Virus record (IMG/VR): IMGVR_UViG_3300027205_000173
Coordinates: 1-64,000 of that record
Direction: 5' to 3' (one strand)
Length of the DNA: 64,000 nucleotides
Source of the DNA: a virus
Taxonomy: Duplodnaviria; Caudoviricetes
Part shown: positions 9,229 to 18,118 of the stretch, piece by piece
How the letters are laid out: each line of letters opens with the position of its first letter
Numbering within the stretch: position 1 is the first letter of the stretch
Notes under the pieces: model-generated
What the model saw: the letters and a program-made list of their open reading frames with translations, nothing else
Told to the model about the DNA's origin: nothing
Database searches by the model: none
Translations under genes and position numbers: made by a program

Positions 9229-10536
9229 TCAGGCAGGAGCGGTGTCGAAGTTGATCTTGACGAATGCTTCTGGACGCTTAACTGCGAGAGCCAAACGCTG
9301 TTCGGCCAACACCACAATGGCGTTACGGACGAAGAAGTCGCTGTGCTGTTCGCTGATGCGGATGCTGGCCTGCTCACGGTCGTACAACTGTGCGCCGGTA
9401 CCGAATGCACCGACAAGAGCGGTACCTTCTGCAATGGCTGGAGTTTCGACGACAGGAATGCGCCACAACTTAGGCTCGCCACCAAGGGCGACTGACACAG
9501 CAACGAGGTACTGGCCATTCTGATCCTTGGCGAGTTCGATGTCTTCCCAGTCGTTCGGGTGGAGAACCACGCCGGTCGGCTCGTAGTAGGCAAGGAATGC
9601 GAGTGTTGCGGCACGGCGGATTGCATCTGCCTTGCTGTCAGCCACAGGAGCGGTAGCACCAGATGACCAATCATATTCCTGGATGCCTGCAGTGGTAAGA
9701 ACACCCTGAAGGTTTTCACCAGTTCCGTCACCAGCAAGAATTTGTGCATCTTCCTGCAAACGGAGACCGTACATCAATTCGTTGTCGATGATCGAGCGCA
9801 ATTGCGGTTCGTCAGCGAGAACGTTGCGGTGTGCGGCTTCCCAGTGAGCGATTGTGCGGACCGGAGCCTGCTCGCCTACGAAGGTGAATGACGATTGCGG
9901 CTTAACACCAAAGTTGGTGTTGTCGTTATTACGCTGTGCAACTGTAGCAGCGTTGTTGGCGAAGCCGGTCATACGGAAGTATTCAATAACTTGAGCGGTT
10001 GTAGTACGAACCGGGAATAGGTCACGAACACGCTTGGTGCGCATCGGAGGGACAACGATAGGGTCACGTTGAACTGCACCAAAGGTACCGGGGGTGCCGG
10101 ATGGGAGGGCAGAGTACATGTCCTTCTGGTTGTATGAACCGGTGAGAACTGCATTGGTTGTGAATGCCGAGGACATGTTGGCGCCATTACGGCCACCATC
10201 AAGTGCCTTGAATTCCATGGACTTAATGAACTCATCGCCGATTGACTTGAATGAGGTACGACCATTGTAGGAAGAACCTGCATCAGCCGAGCCACCAACG
10301 GAAGAGTATCCCGAGCGGTTCCACTGATCAGCAGCATTCATACTCTCAAGGCCATCGATGAGGCTCTTGATTTCCTTGATGTCCTTCATGTTGACGTCAA
10401 ATGCTGACTTTTGGGCGGTTGAAACAACGACAGTGCCGTTTTCAATTTTGAATGAGTCTGCGATGGCCTTATTGTCGGTCATCTTCTGACGAAGTGCGGT
10501 CTGCAGTTCGTTCAGGCGAGCGGTGTCTTCTGACAT
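9229..10536 (-). CDS. HK97-fold major capsid protein with N-terminal delta-like domain
   Basis: N-terminal coiled coil; VRDLF, LMYGLRLQEDAQILAGDGTGENLQG, LHPNDW, LWRIPVVET, FVRNAIVVLAEQRLALAVKRPEAF; AGGAG SD. Confidence 0.95.
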   Translation of the reverse strand: MSEDTARLNELQTALRQKMTDNKAIADSFKIENGTVVVSTAQKSAFDVNMKDIKEIKSLIDGLESMNAADQWNRSGYSSVGGSADAGSSYNGRTSFKSIGDEFIKSMEFKALDGGRNGANMSSAFTTNAVLTGSYNQKDMYSALPSGTPGTFGAVQRDPIVVPPMRTKRVRDLFPVRTTTAQVIEYFRMTGFANNAATVAQRNNDNTNFGVKPQSSFTFVGEQAPVRTIAHWEAAHRNVLADEPQLRSIIDNELMYGLRLQEDAQILAGDGTGENLQGVLTTAGIQEYDWSSGATAPVADSKADAIRRAATLAFLAYYEPTGVVLHPNDWEDIELAKDQNGQYLVAVSVALGGEPKLWRIPVVETPAIAEGTALVGAFGTGAQLYDREQASIRISEQHSDFFVRNAIVVLAEQRLALAVKRPEAFVKINFDTAPA

Positions 10537-10667
10537 AATTACTCCTAGTTGAGGGTTGTTGGGTTATTGTTTGCTTGGCTTAGGTAAGCACCCAGCCCTG
10601 TCTTACTAAACTACATTATTATGCTGGTACTTTAGTGCAACAATAGCAAATTTTATCAGTATTTTAT

Positions 10668-10871
10668 TTAATTACGACTATTTTCTGGTTCTACAGATTC
10701 TGGACGTCTAATAATGTTCCGGCGAAAGGTTTTTTTGATCTTTTCTAGCAGTGTTTGGCTTTTTTCGGGCATATTAAATGCACTGGCGTTTATCTCCAAG
10801 GCGTATGCCTTTGCTTTCCTAATTTGGTCATCAGTAAATGAACCATTAGGTCCTTTGGGTCGTTGCAACAT
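10668..10871 (-). CDS. Small hypothetical protein
   Basis: 67-aa ORF starting 1 nt after the stop of the 2281-aa gene, same strand. Confidence 0.5.
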   Translation of the reverse strand: MLQRPKGPNGSFTDDQIRKAKAYALEINASAFNMPEKSQTLLEKIKKTFRRNIIRRPESVEPENSRN

Positions 10872-10872
10872 A

Positions 10873-13800
10873 TTATGCTTCTTCCACTAAATCTTGTGAA
10901 ACATTAATAGGTGTCGATAATTCTTGTAGTTTTGGTGATTGAGAGATAAGGTAATCTACTGCTTTTTGTGCTTGGCTGGCAGCACGTTGAATTGCACTAG
11001 GGTCATCTTTTAATATCTCAATCCATGATTTTAGATATTGGGCATGTTGTGCTTGCGGCGTTGCTTCCATTCCTAGAATAGCCATCAAGTAGGCGGAACC
11101 TATTTCCGCTACTAGTTCTTCAAAAGCGTATTCCGGCGTGCCGAATCTGTTCATGTTTGGGCGGTTGGCTCTATCTCTATGTCCGGTCCAGTGAACTAAT
11201 TCGTGAGAAAGCGTTGCGTAATATGCGTTTGGGTCTTTGAAGGCCGTAAATGGGGGCATATTAATATAGTCGCTAGCCGGACTATAGTATGCAGAATCTC
11301 CATTGATTGTTTTGATATTGGGGAGAATTTGCCCAAATATTTCCTCAAGCGCAGGAATTCTTTCTTCGGGAGAAAGTCTTGGAGGTAGGAAATCATCTGG
11401 ATTTGCCCCAGTAACTTGAGCAATATTAAAGACAGTAAAGGCACTCGGAGTCAAGAATGTGTCTTTTGACGAAGTTCCATCGGGGAGTTTGACGTTACGT
11501 TCGCGAGAAACCCACTTGGTCCCAGTTAAACCCTTTTCGCCTCTTTGAACTTGTGCACCGAGTGCTTCCCACTGTTTATATGTGGCCCAAACTGGGTGAT
11601 CATACTTGCGAGCCTGTTGAACAAGAGAGAATAAGATGACATTAAAGCCCTTGTATGAATTTTTAGTGGAGGCGTTTCTTGGAATTGTCGTCCCTAAATT
11701 CCAAGGACGTTCCCAATTCCCATCAACAGATTCCTCTAGGGCTGCAATGAGTGCATCAGAAACAGTTTTATAGATTTCTTCTGACCTATTTGCTCTCCCT
11801 GTTTCAGAAGTTGGCTTCGATCTGCTCGCCATACCGTTTACACGATTGATCGATTGTTCAATTCTTTGTGATTTAGGTATTTTAGAAATTGTTGGACGGT
11901 TATTGGAGTTATAAATCAACATTTCGTTTGGTCCAAGTTCGCCACTTGCTATTGATGGCGTTGGTCTCTTCTTGCGAACTGGTTCGGCAATTGAAAAATC
12001 AGGAAGATTATTGATATTGCTCATAATCCCATAGTCGGAAAGCATTGCTTCTGTTGCAACAGAACTATTTAGTTTACTTTTTACTATTTTTGTTGTTGGA
12101 GATAACAAATCTTTACGATCATTCAACATGTCGCGTGTAATCAATTGAGAATTTATATTATTCCATTCATTTATTGGAACATTTAATGGAACGTTTTGCC
12201 CAGATGACTTAATTGCTTTGATATATCCTGATTTATCTTTATTTTCAATGAATTTTCTGACGTCTATAGGGGGTCCATCGTTGAATTGAAATGTTCCAAA
12301 CTGATCAATTACGTTATTTACTTCAGATATCTGATTATCCAACTCAGAATTCTTTATTGACAAATCTTCATTGATCCCATGAACATCGTTAAGGTGTCCA
12401 TATATAATTTGTATCTTCGATACCAACGGATCGATGTTTGCATCTGGGCGATTAGCATTACTCATCTTGCCAATTTCTAGCAATGCATCATTTGCATCAG
12501 ATAAAAGAACATTGCCTGGAGTTTGTGTCAACTCTTCTGTTGATATATCAGAATAATTGCGTGATCGGAACCCGCGAGCGATCATTTTGGGCACTTTGTT
12601 TCTATTAAGACCAATAGCGCCATCAAGTTTTGTTTGACTATCAACTATGGCTTCACGCAAATCAACACCATCTAATATTGCACCAGTAAGGTCGGCCCCA
12701 GACAAGTCTATCTTTCCCTGTATTTTCGCATCAGCGAAATTGGCATCAGTAAGGTTGGCTCCTTTAAATGAAACACCTCTACCAATTGTTGCGTTTCTAA
12801 AATTAGCACCAATCAAATTTGAATAATTAAATTTTACATTATTTAATATACTTTTATCAAAATTTGTTCTAAATAATGAACTGGCAGTTAAATCCACATT
12901 CGCCATTGTTGAATTTGACAATGTGCTTTCACTAAAAGTCGAACGTCTTAAATCCGTATTCATAATTTCTGATTTTTTCAAATCTCTACGTAAAAGTTCA
13001 GATTTCTTGACACCAAGCGGTCCATCAATTTTTAAAACACCATCAGTAATGTTTTTGAGAAATAAATCAGCGTCATCGCTTCCAATAACGCCAAGAGGAA
13101 TCTTATGAAGTGAGGGTTTCTGGGTGATTGTCCCATTATTTTCTGCAACAGGTAATGATAACCCATCAGGTAACTTAGTTGTTGAGTTAAATTTCGAATT
13201 CATTAATTGTTCTGCGGTAATATTTGATCCACGCAAATCTGCGCCGCGCAAATCAGTGTTCCATAAAACGGCATTCTCAAAATTTACATTTTTCAAATTG
13301 GATTTGCTCAAATTAGTCGAAATCATTAGAGCGCCAGATAAATCAACTCCTTCAAATTGAGAATTTGGCATTTGTGCAGCACTCAATACCGAGTACCTTA
13401 AATCAGCAGGCTGAGAATCATCTTTACCAAATATGATTCCAGAACCATTTAAATTACTTAAATTGGAACCAAATAAAGACGATCCCGTTAGGTTGATTCC
13501 ATCCAGATTTGCTCTTGTAAGATTTGCATAATCTATATTTCTATTCCTGAAATCAATACGCGGATCAACATGTATTGAAATCATTTCTGCCATACGTAAA
13601 TTATTATTACTCAAGTCTTTGGACGTAAGTGGATTCTTGGGAGTGAACCCATTAAAAATTAATCCACCAAAAATTTCATCCTTTTCTATTGATTGGCCGA
13701 GTTGATTACGCGAACGCATACCAGAAAGAACAAGACCTTCGTTTTTGGCTGCTATTTTTTCAAAATACGCAGAAGCAGCAGCCATGGTATCCCAATCATT

Positions 13801-16800
13801 GACATTGCTTGGAAATTCAAATGAAGCAACTGGTTTGCGTTGACCAAAAACTTGAAATTCTCCAAATGTGGATGGTCCAGCCTCCATCGTTGCCTCATCG
13901 CGCGGAACTCGAATTAGATATGTTTTACTACTAGGGACATCAGCCCGGGTGTAACCAAAATTTGGTCCCCTACCAGCAAATTCATAAGTCAAATGCTCTT
14001 CATTGCGTTTAGCAGGGCCGTATTGCTTGCTTAATCTTTTCATGACATCATTATTGAATTTGATGCTATTAGATGCTTCATACAAAAGGTACTCGGAGGA
14101 AATTTTATTATCTAAATCATCAGCACTGTAGTCATCAAAAATTTTTGCACTAGGTTTTTTTGATCCAGGATATAGCGCGTTGGCTAATCGTGATCCACGC
14201 CATTCTCCAGTCTTACTAAAATCATCAACGATTTCTTGCCATGCAGTGATTTCTCTTTCTGCTTCTTCATATTTCCGGACAACCATATCTCTGCCGATTT
14301 TATTTAAACGTCTCGTATCCATTGTTCCGCGCCCAGATATGCCCCCACCGCCGGCGTGAAGTGTGAAATTCGGATCAAGAACATCATTTTCGAGTTCTGG
14401 ATGACCCGTGTGTGTTAAATAAATATAATCATCCGAAATGAGTGGAGTTTCATCGCCATTTTTCAATTCATTGATTTCTTTTCCACGTTTTACCAAGGCA
14501 TCGAAGTCTCGCATGTCACGCAAAGTGGCAAAATTGACGTGTGCTGGTTCGACCCCATTATCCATCTCTTCAATATTCTTGAGTCGCCCACGGACGTGCT
14601 TTAGTTGAGTATCAATATTGTTCAAATATAAATCAAAGTTGTTTTTCATCTCTTCTTTTGTTTGATTTTTTAAGAGACTTTCGGCGGTATGGTTTTTCGT
14701 TACCCCAGACTTTGCATTTGGAGTTCTTGGCATGGAGACGTTGAAATCCGCACCAAGCCATTCACCGGTTTTTTCCCAATGTGCAATAGATTTTTTTATG
14801 GACGATTGCTCATTCTCTAAAATCTCTGCAAGATCACGCAAACTATCCTCACCGTAGGTATTTCTTAGGACGATACTTGATTCTCCAAATTTGTCATAGT
14901 CGGTTACATCTTCCCATTCACCGAGACGACGTGATCGCATCCCCACTCTGTCCCCCATTGAAGAAAGACTTCTTTTACTAGACATCCCGGCGCGGGTTAA
15001 ATTCTTTTTATTTGACGGAGAATTACTCTCCCAATATTCACGAACAAATTTGGCGCCAGTTGGGCTAAAGAAAGAATTGAATACTTGATTATCTAGTATT
15101 TCAAATGAGCCATCAGGCAAACGTCTGGCTGCGAGTTTTGGGACATCTCCACTATTGTCGTAAAGGTAAAATTCATCATAAAGACCGTCAGTTATTTGAC
15201 GAGAAACAGAATCTGGCCCAGACCTAAGTTCTCTTGCAATTTGCGAACCAAAATATGTTGGTATGTTTGCTCCGCCGTTACGTTTTCTTTGCGCGACCCT
15301 CTGATCTGCAAGATCATCAGGAATCCATACAAAATGACCAGACGTCTTATATCCGCGTCTACGCATATTTGAAAGATGTTCACGACGTTTGCCTGTTCCT
15401 TGGACAACCACATGCATTCTTTGTAATGCGGCATCATCCATAATTTTATCTGTAGCAACTCGTGAGGCTTGATGTACTGCACTGGCGCCTTGTCCACCAT
15501 TCCAGCCAACTAATCCTGTTTTTATTTCATCAGGGTCAATGTGTGCGGCAGAACTTTGATTCGGCACACCCTCCATTATTCCTCTGGTTATCAATGTTGA
15601 TTTACCGGAACCAGTAGTACCACCAATAAAATACAATACCGGTTCATCCTGGTTGGATTCTTCTGGATTGACACGCCCAAGTATTTTTTGGCCCATTTCC
15701 CTGCCACCAGAACCTTGACGTCCCTGCGAGTTATATGACCTAAATCCTTCAACGACTGATCGCCTGTATTGGCTCTGGACCCCCGGGGAGGAAGACAACT
15801 GAACGGATAGCGACATATCCGATAAATACTCGGGATTTTGTTCAACCCATTTTGCGGATTCCGACAATGAATCTTCATCTATCTCATATCTTTTTTTAAG
15901 AAAATCACTCAAACTTGGATTATCTGCATCGCGCTTGCTTGGCAAAGAAGAGATTGGGCTATCAAAATTTCCGGACCCATCTATGGGGGTGAATATTTGT
16001 TCAACTTCCCAAGGAGCAATACCGAATGATTCGCTAATGTTTTCCCTGGCAGTAGCATCAACTTTTGCTCTTTTACTTGAATCGGAACTAGTTAGGGCAG
16101 CAATCGTTTCTGCCAACCATTCAATTCTTGCCGTTGTTGCGTATTCCGATATTTTCGCTGCTGAAGCATGCTCCGATTCATTACCCCATTTAGCATCATG
16201 ATATGAAGAAACCTGTTCTTTATTTCTGGACATCTGAATAAGTCCTTCGTAAAGTTCAGAGAATTGCAAAGCATAGTGCGCTCTTGCTTTCTCATTTTGC
16301 ACTGCGGCCATTGCTTCCCATGCGTGGCCCATTTCATGACGTAATGCATCTTCGATTGACATCCCATGATTGAATTCAACCCACGTATAGTTCATTGCTA
16401 TGACACCAAGATGGGCCCAGCCGCCACCGCTTTCACCCCACCCTTCAGTGTTATTGCCATACCAGGCCAATGCTGGAACATACTCTGTGGCCACAATTGG
16501 TGGAACGCCATAACGACGAACCATTTCCAAAGCACCAGGGTTATCTTTGATTTGCTTAATGAAAGCATCACGCATTTTGGCTGTTGCTTCAAAGTCTGGA
16601 TTTGCCTGCATGAGTCGGCTCCATGCAGTTCGTGCTTTGTTTTTGGTGAATGGATTTGTGCGGACTAATTGCTTTAATTCTTCAGCAGACCCAGGCATGC
16701 TACTTTTAATCAAATCAATAAGTTCTTCATCGTCCATATAGCGATATTTTTCATCAATTGGTTCAAAAGTTGATTCAAACAATTTTAAATATTTACGAGC

Positions 16801-17718
16801 ATATTTTTTTGCTTTTTTAGAAAGCACCAGTTCATCAAATGCGGTGTCGCCGCTTTCTATGCTTTCCCGTTGCGCTTCATCTATGTTGAGTCTCGGTTTG
16901 CTAATACTTCTCAATCCACTCATCGGCAGTCCGTTGACTCCAGGAATGGATGGGCGTTCAAATGGTGTGTTGTCTTGTATGCGACCGTCGTTATCCCCGT
17001 CCCAAGCGTTGACATCGAAAACTGCAGGACGTGTCAGATTACCTCCTAGTCCACCACCAAGAGCCTTGAACTTGACATCATCAGAAAAAGATTTTTTACT
17101 ACGTTTATTATTCTTTTTTAGTTTCTTTTCAATAGCGGCATTAATAACTCGCTCCAAACGTTCCTTCTGATGACGTCTACCTAAACTTGTAGTTCCAGAG
17201 AGGGACGCATAATCGGACATGTTTGTACAGGGCATCCAAACAGTCGCACCAGTTTTGGAGATGCGTCGACTAACACCCACACAGCCCAACTGACGAGAAC
17301 GCTGTCTTGCTGATTCGATGTCTGTAAAAACGTCAGCATCCTGATCACGAGGACCAAAAATATTAGGCAACGCTTTAGAACTCATCCCGGCACTATCGCC
17401 GCCAAAAGTTCCCGTAGAACTACCAGCAACTAGCCCACCGCCAGATAAATTACCTAAATTAAGAACACCAGTCTGAGAAAGATTCTCCCACTGCTTCTTG
17501 ATCTTGTTAGAACCTTTTAAAGTTCTTTTACCGCGATTCTGGGATATGGCATCCCTTGTGGCAGAAGCAATAACTGGAGCAACTCGTGTTAATTTGTCGT
17601 GTGAGGAACAGGGCATCCAGCGACCATCGCTATTTTGATGAGCGCCAGAACAGCCTAATTTTTGGGCCTCTCGTAACGCCCGCATTTTCTTATATGTGCT
17701 GGACGATGCAGATTTCAT
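10873..17718 (-). CDS. 2281-aa polyvalent protein: 2x WMPC (DUF3721-like) motifs, DxDxDG module, zincin, zeta-toxin-like kinase, possible ART, pentapeptide repeats, C-terminal ArdC
   Basis: LGCSG...WMPC x2; HEMGH...EWLAE; GGTTGSGKST...HIDPDEIK; (A/L)NL(S/T)x pentapeptides; WERPW...PRNASTKNSYKGFN...WATYKQW...YYATLSHELVHWTGH...YAFEELVAE. Confidence 0.85.
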   Translation of the reverse strand: MKSASSSTYKKMRALREAQKLGCSGAHQNSDGRWMPCSSHDKLTRVAPVIASATRDAISQNRGKRTLKGSNKIKKQWENLSQTGVLNLGNLSGGGLVAGSSTGTFGGDSAGMSSKALPNIFGPRDQDADVFTDIESARQRSRQLGCVGVSRRISKTGATVWMPCTNMSDYASLSGTTSLGRRHQKERLERVINAAIEKKLKKNNKRSKKSFSDDVKFKALGGGLGGNLTRPAVFDVNAWDGDNDGRIQDNTPFERPSIPGVNGLPMSGLRSISKPRLNIDEAQRESIESGDTAFDELVLSKKAKKYARKYLKLFESTFEPIDEKYRYMDDEELIDLIKSSMPGSAEELKQLVRTNPFTKNKARTAWSRLMQANPDFEATAKMRDAFIKQIKDNPGALEMVRRYGVPPIVATEYVPALAWYGNNTEGWGESGGGWAHLGVIAMNYTWVEFNHGMSIEDALRHEMGHAWEAMAAVQNEKARAHYALQFSELYEGLIQMSRNKEQVSSYHDAKWGNESEHASAAKISEYATTARIEWLAETIAALTSSDSSKRAKVDATARENISESFGIAPWEVEQIFTPIDGSGNFDSPISSLPSKRDADNPSLSDFLKKRYEIDEDSLSESAKWVEQNPEYLSDMSLSVQLSSSPGVQSQYRRSVVEGFRSYNSQGRQGSGGREMGQKILGRVNPEESNQDEPVLYFIGGTTGSGKSTLITRGIMEGVPNQSSAAHIDPDEIKTGLVGWNGGQGASAVHQASRVATDKIMDDAALQRMHVVVQGTGKRREHLSNMRRRGYKTSGHFVWIPDDLADQRVAQRKRNGGANIPTYFGSQIARELRSGPDSVSRQITDGLYDEFYLYDNSGDVPKLAARRLPDGSFEILDNQVFNSFFSPTGAKFVREYWESNSPSNKKNLTRAGMSSKRSLSSMGDRVGMRSRRLGEWEDVTDYDKFGESSIVLRNTYGEDSLRDLAEILENEQSSIKKSIAHWEKTGEWLGADFNVSMPRTPNAKSGVTKNHTAESLLKNQTKEEMKNNFDLYLNNIDTQLKHVRGRLKNIEEMDNGVEPAHVNFATLRDMRDFDALVKRGKEINELKNGDETPLISDDYIYLTHTGHPELENDVLDPNFTLHAGGGGISGRGTMDTRRLNKIGRDMVVRKYEEAEREITAWQEIVDDFSKTGEWRGSRLANALYPGSKKPSAKIFDDYSADDLDNKISSEYLLYEASNSIKFNNDVMKRLSKQYGPAKRNEEHLTYEFAGRGPNFGYTRADVPSSKTYLIRVPRDEATMEAGPSTFGEFQVFGQRKPVASFEFPSNVNDWDTMAAASAYFEKIAAKNEGLVLSGMRSRNQLGQSIEKDEIFGGLIFNGFTPKNPLTSKDLSNNNLRMAEMISIHVDPRIDFRNRNIDYANLTRANLDGINLTGSSLFGSNLSNLNGSGIIFGKDDSQPADLRYSVLSAAQMPNSQFEGVDLSGALMISTNLSKSNLKNVNFENAVLWNTDLRGADLRGSNITAEQLMNSKFNSTTKLPDGLSLPVAENNGTITQKPSLHKIPLGVIGSDDADLFLKNITDGVLKIDGPLGVKKSELLRRDLKKSEIMNTDLRRSTFSESTLSNSTMANVDLTASSLFRTNFDKSILNNVKFNYSNLIGANFRNATIGRGVSFKGANLTDANFADAKIQGKIDLSGADLTGAILDGVDLREAIVDSQTKLDGAIGLNRNKVPKMIARGFRSRNYSDISTEELTQTPGNVLLSDANDALLEIGKMSNANRPDANIDPLVSKIQIIYGHLNDVHGINEDLSIKNSELDNQISEVNNVIDQFGTFQFNDGPPIDVRKFIENKDKSGYIKAIKSSGQNVPLNVPINEWNNINSQLITRDMLNDRKDLLSPTTKIVKSKLNSSVATEAMLSDYGIMSNINNLPDFSIAEPVRKKRPTPSIASGELGPNEMLIYNSNNRPTISKIPKSQRIEQSINRVNGMASRSKPTSETGRANRSEEIYKTVSDALIAALEESVDGNWERPWNLGTTIPRNASTKNSYKGFNVILFSLVQQARKYDHPVWATYKQWEALGAQVQRGEKGLTGTKWVSRERNVKLPDGTSSKDTFLTPSAFTVFNIAQVTGANPDDFLPPRLSPEERIPALEEIFGQILPNIKTINGDSAYYSPASDYINMPPFTAFKDPNAYYATLSHELVHWTGHRDRANRPNMNRFGTPEYAFEELVAEIGSAYLMAILGMEATPQAQHAQYLKSWIEILKDDPSAIQRAASQAQKAVDYLISQSPKLQELSTPINVSQDLVEEA

Positions 17719-17749
17719 GTAGAGTAATCCTTAACATTCTAATTAACTG

Positions 17750-18106
17750 TTAGAGAGATGGTACCCCATCATCGTTAAGAGTTTTACCTTCGGCCTCAAG
17801 AGCAGCGGCCTGAGCCTCTTGGATGTCCTCGCCATAACGCACGCGATACAGTTCTGCTTCTTCAATATCGTTAATGTGTTTGGAAACAACGGTTCTGTAT
17901 GAGTCTTTAAAAGAATCATCACGTCCAGCGCCCATGTCATCATCTAATTTGTCAAGTTTTTTAGAAATAACGTCATACGCAGCAGACAGAGCAGTTTGAA
18001 ACTCTTCATATTTTTCAATATTCGTCGTAAATGGTGGATAATCCATCAATTGTGATAAATGTCCGTGCTGCTGCATGAACATTTTTTCATTTGGTCCTGT
18101 TTCCAT
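17750..18106 (-). CDS. Hypothetical protein
   Basis: 118-aa ORF with GGAGAAGGGG upstream, co-oriented within the operon. Confidence 0.7.
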   Translation of the reverse strand: METGPNEKMFMQQHGHLSQLMDYPPFTTNIEKYEEFQTALSAAYDVISKKLDKLDDDMGAGRDDSFKDSYRTVVSKHINDIEEAELYRVRYGEDIQEAQAAALEAEGKTLNDDGVPSL

Positions 18107-18118
18107 GGCCCCTTCTCC

